Positions 33,953-42,838 of a stretch of DNA of 51,694 bases are shown piece after piece. How positions within the stretch are numbered: position 1 is the stretch's first letter; each line of letters opens with the position of its first letter. The stretch comes from Candidatus Firestoneibacteriota bacterium (GTDB taxonomy: Bacteria; Oederibacteriota; D2-FULL-39-29; CAIOVX01), in assembly GCA_903916325.1 (NCBI GenBank), contig CAIWWK010000045.1, positions 1-51,694 on the forward strand, given 5' to 3'. The position numbers were made by a program, and so were the translations under genes. The notes beneath the pieces were generated by a model that saw only the letters and a program-made list of their open reading frames with translations, did not search any database and was not told the origin of the DNA.

Positions 33953-34791
33953 TAAAATGGACAGTTATAATCGCGCTCCTGGCCGGAACGGCGGCTGCCA
34001 GTTGGTATTATTTCTCGGAGAAGGAGAGCTTTCCAAACATTCTGCTGCTGGGCGCCGATGAGGTCGAGCAGAACAGCCGTCACTCGGATACTATAATGGC
34101 GGCGGTAATTGACGTGAAAGCGGTGAAGATAACACTCTTCTCGATCCCGCGGGACACTCTGGTTAATTACGGCGGGCGGGAAATGAAGATTAATACTATC
34201 TATGCTTCCGTTTTCATAAAAAACGGGCACGCGGCGGCTGCGGACGAGGTCAGGAAAGAAGTTGAGCGTCTCACCGGACTCTCAATTCCGTACTATTTTC
34301 TTGTTGATTACGGCGCGGTTGAAGAGATGGTAGATCTTTTCGGCGGAATCAAACTTGACATAAAGAAAAATATGAATTATACCGATGTCGCAGGGGGGCT
34401 ATATATAGATTTTAAGCCGGGTATTCAAAAGCTTGACGGAAAGGCGGCCGTAAAATACCTGCGGTTTCGGAGCGATCCAATGGCGGATCTCGGGCGTATA
34501 GAGCGGCAGCAGAAATTCGTGGCCGCTTTTCTGGACAAGGCAAAGACGCGCCTGTCTCTGGATAAAATCCCCAAGGTATATTCCATAATAAAAAGGAATT
34601 TGAAGACAAATGTTCCCGTGGAAACCGTTCTCAGGCTCTACGTCGCCTTCAAGAATTACAGGCTGAGCGACGCATGGATGCTGACCCTCCCCGGGGAGCC
34701 GGTCAGTATCAATGGGGTAAGTTACTGGAAAACTGACGCGAGGGAAACAAGGACCGCGCTTAGAAAGCTGAAGCACCTCAAGGAGGAATGA
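33940..34791 (+). CDS. LytR-CpsA-Psr (LCP) family protein
   Basis: N-terminal membrane anchor. LLLGADE...RHSDTIM..ID and R.GDLGRIERQQ.F blocks are typical of LCP. Confidence 0.8.
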   Translation: MLKLIKWTVIIALLAGTAAASWYYFSEKESFPNILLLGADEVEQNSRHSDTIMAAVIDVKAVKITLFSIPRDTLVNYGGREMKINTIYASVFIKNGHAAAADEVRKEVERLTGLSIPYYFLVDYGAVEEMVDLFGGIKLDIKKNMNYTDVAGGLYIDFKPGIQKLDGKAAVKYLRFRSDPMADLGRIERQQKFVAAFLDKAKTRLSLDKIPKVYSIIKRNLKTNVPVETVLRLYVAFKNYRLSDAWMLTLPGEPVSINGVSYWKTDARETRTALRKLKHLKEE

Positions 34792-35195
34792 TGGAAGGGA
34801 AAAAGCTTGTTGACAGGATCGTCGAACTCGCGGACGACAAGAAGGGAGAAAATATTTCCATACTTGACCTGAAAGGCCTCAATTATATCGCTGATTATTT
34901 TGTGATAATAAGCGGGGACTCCTCAACGCACTGCGAAGCGATTGCGGACAATATCGAGAAAGAACTCAGGCGCGACGGCGTTTGGGCCACCCACCGCGAG
35001 CAGGACCGCGGCAGCAACTGGTCCCTGCTGGATTACAGCGATGTTGTGGTGCACGTTTTTGAACAGACTACGAGGGAATTTTACGCGCTCGAGCGGCTCT
35101 GGGGCGACGCGCTATTCTTAAAGGAGAAAGTGAAAAAAAATGTTGGAAAAAGTAAGGCAAAACCTAAAAAGCGCGCTAAAAAAAGCCGCAAATGA
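34788..35195 (+). CDS. rsfS: Ribosome silencing factor RsfS with a Lys-rich C-terminal tail
   Basis: The DYFVIISGDSSTH...W.LLDY.DVVVHVF signature, followed by the tail KSKAKPKKRAKKSRK. Confidence 0.85.
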   Translation: MMEGKKLVDRIVELADDKKGENISILDLKGLNYIADYFVIISGDSSTHCEAIADNIEKELRRDGVWATHREQDRGSNWSLLDYSDVVVHVFEQTTREFYALERLWGDALFLKEKVKKNVGKSKAKPKKRAKKSRK

Positions 35196-36852
35196 GGCGG
35201 AATTTGACTCGGAAGGCGTAGAGATAGGGTTTGATGTCCCGCGCCACAGAAATTTCGGGGATCTGTCCACCAATTTCGTGATGCAAATCGCGAAGAGGTC
35301 TAAACTTAACCCGCGCGAAGCCGCGGAGAAGATACTCGCGCGCCTTGAAGTTGACAAAACAATGGTCTCGAAAGTTGAGATAGCGGGCGCCGGTTTCGTC
35401 AATTTCTTCCTGAGCGAAGGGCACCTCTTTGACCTGCTCCTAAAGGTAGATGAAAGCGACGAATTTGCCTCGTCTGAGACAGGCAAAGAACTTCGCTACA
35501 ACCTTGAATTTGTCAGCGCAAATCCGGTTGGCCCTTTGAACGTGGTTAATGCCAGAGCCGCATCTGTAGGCAACTGCCTTGCCAACCTTTTGCGCAATGC
35601 GGGATTCACGGTTACGAAAGAATATTATTATAATGACGCGGGCAACCAGACAAATGTTTTCGGGCTTTCGATAAGTCTTCGTTATGAAGAACTCTTCGGG
35701 AAGATGATAGTTTTTCCGGAGGAATGTTACGCCGGTGATTATATCGGCGATATTGCGAAAAGAATAAAGAATGAAGAAGGGGATAAATATCTCAAGTCTT
35801 CTGAATCCGAACGTGTGACGGCCTTCAAGGAAAAAGGACTTAAATGGATGATCGAAGATTCAAAAAAGAGCCTTCATGCTTTTGGAGTGGATTTTGATGT
35901 CTGGTTTAACGAGCGCTCGCTTCACGCGCCCGGCGTGAAGGTGGCTGAAGAGTTTCCCTTGTTGAAAAGGTTTAAGGTAGATAATAAGATTAAAGAGGCA
36001 GCGGCTATACTTGCCGCAAAGGGGCTTCTGAAAGAAGAGGATGGGGCGGTCTGGTTCAGGTCAACTGCCGTCAACGCGGGAGACGACAAGGACAGGGTGA
36101 TAATAAAGAACAACGGAGATTATACTTATCTGGCTCCTGACATTGCCTATCTAAAAGATAAATTTGACAGGGCTGAAAAGGTTGTCGTAATTTTAGGGCC
36201 GGATCACCACGGCTATATCCCGAGGCTGCGGGCGGCCGCGATAGCCCTGGGAAGGAAAGCGGAAGATCTCGTTCCGCTTATCTCACAGCAGGTAAACCTG
36301 ATCAAGGACGGGCAGCCGTTCAAAATGAGCAAGCGCAAGGGCAGTTTCATCACCATGGACGAGCTGGTTGAAGATGTCGGCCCCGATGCTGCAAAGTATT
36401 TCTTCCTGCGGCGGAGTCTTGAAAGCCACCTGGATTTTGACATGGACCTCGCGAAGAAACATACCGAAGAGAATCCCGTGTTTTATGTGCAGTACGCTCA
36501 TGCGAGGATATTTAATGTTATAGAACACGCGAAAGTCTCGGGAATAAAACCCAAAAAAGCGTCCGAAGTGAATCTTTCGTTGCTAAAGGAGCCAGAAGAA
36601 CTGGAACTGCTAAAAAAGATAAACAACCTGCCGGACACGCTTCTGCATGCGGCGCTTGAAAGCTCCCCGCACCTGGTGCCAAAATACCTTGAAGAGCTTG
36701 CCGGGCTGTTCCATTCTTTCTACAACAAACACAGGGTTGTGACGGATGACAGGGAACTCTCGCTGGCAAGGCTTGTCCTTGTAAACGCTGTCCGCAAGGT
36801 GCTTAAGAAAGGGTTGGAGCTTCTTGGGGTGTCAGCCCCTTCAAGGATGTAA
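35140..36852 (+). CDS. argS: Arginine--tRNA ligase
   Basis: FVSANPVGPLNV (the HIGH-equivalent region), a KMSKRKG (KMSK) motif and a DALR-type C-terminus ending in M. 56-nt overlap with rsfS. Confidence 0.9.
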   Translation: MLEKVRQNLKSALKKAANEAEFDSEGVEIGFDVPRHRNFGDLSTNFVMQIAKRSKLNPREAAEKILARLEVDKTMVSKVEIAGAGFVNFFLSEGHLFDLLLKVDESDEFASSETGKELRYNLEFVSANPVGPLNVVNARAASVGNCLANLLRNAGFTVTKEYYYNDAGNQTNVFGLSISLRYEELFGKMIVFPEECYAGDYIGDIAKRIKNEEGDKYLKSSESERVTAFKEKGLKWMIEDSKKSLHAFGVDFDVWFNERSLHAPGVKVAEEFPLLKRFKVDNKIKEAAAILAAKGLLKEEDGAVWFRSTAVNAGDDKDRVIIKNNGDYTYLAPDIAYLKDKFDRAEKVVVILGPDHHGYIPRLRAAAIALGRKAEDLVPLISQQVNLIKDGQPFKMSKRKGSFITMDELVEDVGPDAAKYFFLRRSLESHLDFDMDLAKKHTEENPVFYVQYAHARIFNVIEHAKVSGIKPKKASEVNLSLLKEPEELELLKKINNLPDTLLHAALESSPHLVPKYLEELAGLFHSFYNKHRVVTDDRELSLARLVLVNAVRKVLKKGLELLGVSAPSRM

Positions 36853-36855
36853 TTT

Positions 36856-38124
36856 GTGACCGTCGCCGCGCCGGATTTCTGGATAATATTCAAACTCGCT
36901 TTTATTTTTATTCTTATTATCCTGGCGCTCCGTCTGAAACTTTCCCTTGGATTGTCTCTTATAATTTCCGCCCTGTTCCTTGTACTTATGTTCCGGCTGG
37001 ATGCGGTCGAGATATTCAGAAACATAGCGCGGACAATCCTGGAACCTGACCCGAAAACAGGTTCATTTATTACCATCGAACTAATGCTGATACTATATCT
37101 TATCGGACTGCTTGAATCTGTAATGAGAAAGGCGGGGGTATTTGACAGCATGATAGCCTCAGCCGGGCATCTGCTGCGCGACCCAAGAAAGGTGGCGGTC
37201 TTTTTTCCCGTGCTCCTGGGTGTCTTGCCTTCCGCCGGCGGCGCGAGATTCTCTGCTCCCATGGTCGGTGAAGTTCTTAAGGGCTCTTATATGAAGCCCT
37301 CAAAAAAGGCCTTCGCAAATTACTGGTTCAGGCACATCTGGGAACCTGTGCTTCCTCTTTACCCCGGTTTGCTTCTGGCTTCGGCTTTGACGGGAGTCGC
37401 AATATCATCATTTGTCGCCTGTCAATGGCCTATAGCGCTGTTCATGCTCTTAACCGGTTGGTTCGTTTCTTTCCATAAAGTCCCAAAACCGGTTTATATG
37501 CCCAGGGACGAAAAGGCAGAGGGTCATCATCTGTTAAATCTGCTTGAAGGCACCCTGCCCGTACTTTTCATTGCAGCTGCAGTTCTGTTGAATAACAGGC
37601 TCTTTATCCCGGCGCTTATAGCAGTAATAACAGTCATTATCGCGATCTACAGGATCGAAGCTAAACTGCTCCCGGGGCTCTTAAAAAAAGCGCTTTCCGT
37701 CGAGATACTGCTCCTTATTTTCGGCGTAATGTATTTCAAGAACATGCTTGAAATTTCCGGAGCCATTAGCGAGTTAAACTTCTATTTCAGCTTCGCGAAG
37801 ATCAGCCCTCTGCTTATAGTATTTGCGCTGCCGTTCATAGCCGGCCTGCTTACCGGAGTAGTGCAGGCCTATGTAGGGATTACTATCCCGCTTATCATGC
37901 CTTTTCTCTCAGCGGGAGGAATCTTGAACATTCCAATGATTTCATTCGCTTTTATCAGCGGTTATGCCGGAGTCTTGCTTTCACCCGTGCACCTGTGTTA
38001 TGTTCTATCTTGCGGGTATTTTGAGGTTGAGATAACAGAAGGTTACCCGTTTCTGTGTATGCTCGTTCCGTTCCTGCCGGCAATATCATTCTGCCTGGCA
38101 TTACTGAAAAATTCGGCCTTATAG
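36856..38124 (+). CDS. Polytopic membrane protein, a putative permease (possibly DUF401-type)
   Basis: 422 aa with at least 10 hydrophobic helices. The family name comes from memory of the DUF401 pattern only. GTG start. Confidence 0.45.
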   Translation: MTVAAPDFWIIFKLAFIFILIILALRLKLSLGLSLIISALFLVLMFRLDAVEIFRNIARTILEPDPKTGSFITIELMLILYLIGLLESVMRKAGVFDSMIASAGHLLRDPRKVAVFFPVLLGVLPSAGGARFSAPMVGEVLKGSYMKPSKKAFANYWFRHIWEPVLPLYPGLLLASALTGVAISSFVACQWPIALFMLLTGWFVSFHKVPKPVYMPRDEKAEGHHLLNLLEGTLPVLFIAAAVLLNNRLFIPALIAVITVIIAIYRIEAKLLPGLLKKALSVEILLLIFGVMYFKNMLEISGAISELNFYFSFAKISPLLIVFALPFIAGLLTGVVQAYVGITIPLIMPFLSAGGILNIPMISFAFISGYAGVLLSPVHLCYVLSCGYFEVEITEGYPFLCMLVPFLPAISFCLALLKNSAL

Positions 38125-38133
38125 GAGTTTACC

Positions 38134-39204
38134 GTGAAAGAACTGACAACAAGAGAGAGAGTGAAATTGATAGTTGAACATAAGGAAGCCGACCGCTGCC
38201 CGATAATAGACAACCCCTGGCCGTCAGCCATAGAGAGATGGGAAAGGGAAGGCATGCCGAAAGGCGCCGATTTTCAGGACTTCTTTGGTATGGACAAGTA
38301 CTGCCGCTGGCATATCTGCGACAATTCGCCGCTCTACCCGCAGGAAGTGCTTGAAGAAAATGATGAATACATAATAAAGAAGTCTAAATGGGGCGTGACC
38401 ATGAAGAACTGGAAACACGCCGGCAGCACCCCAGAGTTTATTGATTTCACTATAACTTCGCGCGATGCCTGGGAGAAGGCCAAGGCAAGGATGACGCCGT
38501 CAAGGGACCGGATAGAATGGGATTACTTAAAAGCCAATTACAAAAAGAACCGGGAAGCAGGGGCCTGGATGGGACTTGTAAACTGGTTCGGATTTGATGT
38601 GACTCATTCCTGGATGGTCGGAACCGAGCGAGTGTTGATGGCACTCGTAGAGGATCCTGAATGGATGCAGGATATGTTCAAGACGCACCTCGAATTGAAT
38701 CTGAGCCAGATAAAACTCATTTTGGATGAAGGTTATGAGTTTGACGAAATATTCTGGTATGACGATATGGGCTACAAATACAACCAGTTCTTTTCGTTGG
38801 ATATGTACCGCGGGCTGCTCAAACCCTTTCACAAGCAGTGCATTGATTTCGCGCACGCTAACGGAATGAGAGCGCACCTGCATTCCTGCGGAGATATAAT
38901 GCCGTTTGTTCCGGATCTTGTCGGGATGGGCCTTGATATGCTCAATCCGCTTGAAGTCAAGGCAGGCATGGACCCGGAGAAGCTTAAAAAGGAGTTCGGC
39001 GATAAACTTACCTTCATGGGCGGCTTGAACGCGATGTATTACAAAGAGCCTCAGAGGATGTGGGACGAGATGCACAGGCTTATCCCGATGATGAAAAAGA
39101 ACGGCGGCTATATCGTGGCAACGGATCATTCAATTCCTGACAGCGTGTCCTTGACGCAGTTTCAGGAGTTTATGAGACTGGCGAAGGAATTGGGGAGATA
39201 CTAA
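38134..39204 (+). CDS. Uroporphyrinogen-decarboxylase (URO-D) family protein, MtaA/CmuA-like methyltransferase fold
   Basis: Its length, the N-terminal ..RERV......E.DR.P.. block, the central H.CG block (HLHSCGDI) and the C-terminal D.SIP motif are typical of URO-D family proteins of unknown substrate. Confidence 0.6.
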   Translation: MKELTTRERVKLIVEHKEADRCPIIDNPWPSAIERWEREGMPKGADFQDFFGMDKYCRWHICDNSPLYPQEVLEENDEYIIKKSKWGVTMKNWKHAGSTPEFIDFTITSRDAWEKAKARMTPSRDRIEWDYLKANYKKNREAGAWMGLVNWFGFDVTHSWMVGTERVLMALVEDPEWMQDMFKTHLELNLSQIKLILDEGYEFDEIFWYDDMGYKYNQFFSLDMYRGLLKPFHKQCIDFAHANGMRAHLHSCGDIMPFVPDLVGMGLDMLNPLEVKAGMDPEKLKKEFGDKLTFMGGLNAMYYKEPQRMWDEMHRLIPMMKKNGGYIVATDHSIPDSVSLTQFQEFMRLAKELGRY

Positions 39205-39207
39205 AGA

Positions 39208-39279
39208 ACGTTAACCGTTAACCGTTTACCGTGTATGGTAGAGGTTTTTCGGTAAACGGTACACGGTAAACCGTAAACG
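39208..39279. repeat. Inverted array of accgtttac / gtaaacggt words forming a long hairpin
   Basis: gtttaccgtgta (39224-39235) pairs with tacacggtaaac (39260-39271). The alternative pairing is ccgtttacc (39222-39230) with ggtaaacgg (39251-39259). Confidence 0.7.
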
Positions 39280-39293
39280 AAACAGGAGGCCTT

Positions 39294-39815
39294 ATGCTCA
39301 TTGGAAAAAAAATAGTGCTTCTCGTGGCGGAGCAATTCCAGGATATGGAAGTGATGTATCCTTATTTCAGATTCAAGGAAGAGGGAGCGGAGGTCGTCGT
39401 CGCCGGCACCGGCAGCGCCGAACTCTATCACGGAAAATTCGGCTATCCGATTAAGACAACTACCACGGCAGATAAGGTGGATTATAAATCCATTGATGCT
39501 GTTATCATTCCCGGAGGATGGGCTCCTGATTTTATCAGGCGTTTCAAGCCGCCGGTCAAACTTGTGTCCGACTCTTTCAATGCCGGTAAGATTATTGGCG
39601 CGATTTGCCACGCCGGATCCGTGCTTGTATCAGCGGGTATTCTCAAAGGAAAAACCGCTACGGCTTTCATGGCCGTAAAGGATGATATGGTCGCCGCGGG
39701 CGCCAATTTCGTGGACAAAGAGGTTGTTATAGACGGTAATCTCATAACATCCAGGAATCCGGACGACCTGCCCGCGTTCTGCAAAGCGATCATCTCGGCC
39801 CTGGACAAGAAATGA
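39294..39815 (+). CDS. DJ-1/PfpI family protein (intracellular protease / amidotransferase-like)
   Basis: The AICHAG nucleophile elbow, a preceding IPGG block, and 173 aa. Confidence 0.8.
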   Translation: MLIGKKIVLLVAEQFQDMEVMYPYFRFKEEGAEVVVAGTGSAELYHGKFGYPIKTTTTADKVDYKSIDAVIIPGGWAPDFIRRFKPPVKLVSDSFNAGKIIGAICHAGSVLVSAGILKGKTATAFMAVKDDMVAAGANFVDKEVVIDGNLITSRNPDDLPAFCKAIISALDKK

Positions 39816-40870
39816 AAGAAATAATTACGCCGGCCATTGTACTCGACCTTGAACTGCTCAAAAAGAACATCAAACTGATGGCGGATTTCGGCAAAAAGAA
39901 CCGTGTAGGCATCAGACCTCATTTTAAGACCCATAAATGCGTTGAGATAGCGAGGCTTCAGTTGAAAGCAGGCGCAGCGGGAATTACCGCGCAGACCATC
40001 GACGAAGCGGAAGCGCTGGTTAACGGCGGTATCAAAAACGTCCTGCTAGCAAACCAACTGATTGAGCATTCTAAGATTGAAAGAATTCTCAGGCTTTCAG
40101 ATAAGTCTGCCGGCGTTATTCTTTGCGTTGATTCTGAACAGAATCTCAGACAGCTCGATAAACTTTCCGGAGAGTCAGGTATTAGATTGAAACTGCTTGT
40201 AGAAGTTGATATAGGAATGAACCGCGCAGGCAGAAGGCCGGGCGACGATACGCTTCATTTCGTCAAGAAAGTTATTTCCTGCAAAAACATAGAGTTCAAG
40301 GGCCTTCAGGGATATGAAGGGCATGCTGTTCTTATTCCCGGCAGGGAAGAAAGGATAAAGGCTGCTTCGAGCGCGATCGAGCTGCTTGTCGGCACTAAAA
40401 AGCTCCTTTTGGAAAACAATATAAAATGCGAAATAGTCACGGGCGGCGGTACCGGAACTTATGACCTGACCGGCAGGAATTCCCAGATCACGGATATTCA
40501 GCCCGGTTCATATGTGTTTATGGACGCCAAATACGGGCCTATAATAAAAGAATTCATCCCGGCCCTGTGCGTGCAAGCGACGATCTTTGCCTCAAGGGGG
40601 AAAGGGGAGTACACGGCCGACGCAGGGCGTAAAGCCCTGACCACGGAGAACGGCATGCCGTTGCTGCTTGATCTCGCCGGAAGCATTGAGAATCTCAACG
40701 AAGAGCATACAAGGCTTAAGCTGACCCAGGGCTCGCTTTTGCCCGGAGACAGAATCAGGATACTGCCAAGCCATTGTTGCACTACCGTCAATTTATATGA
40801 TAATGTCTATGTGTCGGACGCCGGGCAGGTAATTGAAATCTGGAAAATACACAGGCAGAGGGCTGTTTAA
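39812..40870 (+). CDS. D-serine dehydratase / D-threonine aldolase-like PLP enzyme (alanine racemase N-terminal fold, DSD1 family)
   Basis: TPAIVLDLELL..N, the RPHFKTHKC lysine motif and C-terminal EEH...LPSHCCTTVNLYD. Confidence 0.7.
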   Translation: MKEIITPAIVLDLELLKKNIKLMADFGKKNRVGIRPHFKTHKCVEIARLQLKAGAAGITAQTIDEAEALVNGGIKNVLLANQLIEHSKIERILRLSDKSAGVILCVDSEQNLRQLDKLSGESGIRLKLLVEVDIGMNRAGRRPGDDTLHFVKKVISCKNIEFKGLQGYEGHAVLIPGREERIKAASSAIELLVGTKKLLLENNIKCEIVTGGGTGTYDLTGRNSQITDIQPGSYVFMDAKYGPIIKEFIPALCVQATIFASRGKGEYTADAGRKALTTENGMPLLLDLAGSIENLNEEHTRLKLTQGSLLPGDRIRILPSHCCTTVNLYDNVYVSDAGQVIEIWKIHRQRAV

Positions 40871-40891
40871 GCTCAAGCCTTAGGAGGAATT

Positions 40892-41152
40892 ATGGCAGGA
40901 GGCAACGGAAATTCACCGATAAACCTGGATATAGACGAAGTGACAGCCAGGGGCATGTACGCCAATTTTGCGGCGATCGCTCATACTCCCACGGAGTTCA
41001 TGATAGATTTCGCCTTTGTCTTACCGCAACAGAGCAAGAACAAGGTGGGCGCCAGGATTATAACTTCACCTTCCCATATGAAGAATTTTGCTGCCGCGCT
41101 TGCGGACAACATCAGGAAATACGAAGAGCAATTTGGGGAGATTAAGGCGTGA
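40892..41152 (+). CDS. DUF3467-like small protein
   Basis: GMYANFAAIAHTPTEFMIDF pattern. 86 aa. Confidence 0.55.
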   Translation: MAGGNGNSPINLDIDEVTARGMYANFAAIAHTPTEFMIDFAFVLPQQSKNKVGARIITSPSHMKNFAAALADNIRKYEEQFGEIKA

Positions 41153-42126
41153 GAAAAGGCGGCGCGGAAGAAGAAATATTGTCGCTGCTTAGAACCTCCG
41201 GGGAAAAGTATCTCTCAGGCGAAGCCTTAAGCAAAAAGTTTAAGGTCAGCAGGACCGCGATCTGGAAACATATCCATTCGCTGATGGATCAGGGCTATGA
41301 ATTTGAGAGTCACACTAACCTCGGGTACCGTCTGCAGTCGGTACCGGACCTGCTTCTTCCGGCGGAGATAGAGAACGCTCTTGCCACAAAATATGTCGGC
41401 AGGGAGCTCTACTGTTTTAATGAAATTGGTTCCACAAATGATATGGCAGCTCGTCTCACCGAAAAAGAAGTCCCTGAAGGCACGGTGGTCACCGCGGAAA
41501 AACAGACCGCCGGCAAAGGGCGGCTCGGAAGGACCTGGGCCTCTCCCGAGCGCTCCGGATTGTGGTTCTCGGTGATACTTAGGCCGAAGATAAGCCCCTA
41601 CCATTCCCCAAAATTAACTTTCATCGCCGGCCTGTCCGTGCTTGACGCCATCAAGAAAGTCACCGGAGAGGACGCGGAACTCAAATGGCCAAATGACGTA
41701 ATGCTTCGCGGGAAAAAACTCTGCGGAATCTTGACCGAGATGAAGGCGGAAATGGACATTGTGAATTACCTTATAATAGGCATAGGCATAAATGTTAATC
41801 TTTCAAAGAACGACCTGCCGGAGTCTGTTCGCGGGCGGGCCACTTCATTAAAGATGGAATTGCGGAAAGATGTTCCAAGGGTGAAACTCCTGGCGGAAGC
41901 CTTGAAGAGCCTGGAAGAGTATTATGAACTTTTCAAACAGGAAGGGCCGGAGCCGATTATAAAAAAATGGAAGCGGAAATGCGCGACCCTGGGCAGGAAG
42001 GTAAAGATTCAGTCCGGCGGTGAACTTATTGAAGGAATCGCCGAAGATATTGACGGAGATTGCGCTCTCCTTGTACGGCTTGCGGACGGCACGGTGAAGA
42101 AGGCGGTGACGGGCGATGTCTCTTAG
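41149..42126 (+). CDS. birA: Bifunctional biotin-[acetyl-CoA-carboxylase] ligase / biotin operon repressor
   Basis: N-terminal wHTH (LSGEALSKKFKVSRTAIWKHI), the GKGRLGRTW biotin-binding loop and KWPNDV. GTG start. Confidence 0.9.
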   Translation: MRKGGAEEEILSLLRTSGEKYLSGEALSKKFKVSRTAIWKHIHSLMDQGYEFESHTNLGYRLQSVPDLLLPAEIENALATKYVGRELYCFNEIGSTNDMAARLTEKEVPEGTVVTAEKQTAGKGRLGRTWASPERSGLWFSVILRPKISPYHSPKLTFIAGLSVLDAIKKVTGEDAELKWPNDVMLRGKKLCGILTEMKAEMDIVNYLIIGIGINVNLSKNDLPESVRGRATSLKMELRKDVPRVKLLAEALKSLEEYYELFKQEGPEPIIKKWKRKCATLGRKVKIQSGGELIEGIAEDIDGDCALLVRLADGTVKKAVTGDVS

Positions 42127-42838
42127 GCTTGTTATCATAAATATAGGAAACACTTCGGTCAAGGTCTGGCTCGCCGCCGCAGGAAAAGAGAAGGCGCTTA
42201 GAGTTTTCCCCGCGGCGCAAAAAGGGGCGGTTCTTGCCTCCAAATTCGCAAAGACTAAAAAACTGCCTGTTGTGTATTTCTCCGTGGTTCCGGCTCTTTC
42301 TGCTGTTGTGAGAAAGCGCATACCGTTGGCTCTCGAACTTACCACACGGGATGTCCCCATGGGAAACCTTTACAGGAAAAAGGAAACGCTCGGTATAGAC
42401 CGTATCCTCGCCGCTTATGCAGCAAGGGAAAAATACGGATCGCCGGCGGTTATTTTAGACCTTGGTACTGCAACAACTCTAAATGTTATAAACAGTAAAG
42501 GCGAATTTGCCGGCGGGCTCATTATGCCGGGAGCCCCATTATTTACTGAATATCTCGAGAAAAGAACCGCCCTGCTGCCGCGCGTAAACTACGGCAAGCC
42601 TTCAGGTTTTGCGGCTCTTTCGACTGAGGCGGCCATCAGAAACGGGGCCTACTGGGGGTTGAGTTTAATGGCGGACGGTGTATTGTCTCGCGCCAAAAAA
42701 AAGTTTAAGGCGATAGGTGTGCTGACCGGCGGGTTTGCTCCTCTTTTGTCCGGTGATATACCTGCGGCGGATATAGTTGATTCTTCCCTGGCAGTTTACG
42801 GGGCGTATCTTGCCGCCGTCAAAAGGATGACAATATGA
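42116..42838 (+). CDS. coaX: Type III pantothenate kinase
   Basis: LVIINIGNTSVK, GIDR and DLGTATT motifs, with conserved birA-coaX order. Confidence 0.85.
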   Translation: MSLRLVIINIGNTSVKVWLAAAGKEKALRVFPAAQKGAVLASKFAKTKKLPVVYFSVVPALSAVVRKRIPLALELTTRDVPMGNLYRKKETLGIDRILAAYAAREKYGSPAVILDLGTATTLNVINSKGEFAGGLIMPGAPLFTEYLEKRTALLPRVNYGKPSGFAALSTEAAIRNGAYWGLSLMADGVLSRAKKKFKAIGVLTGGFAPLLSGDIPAADIVDSSLAVYGAYLAAVKRMTI

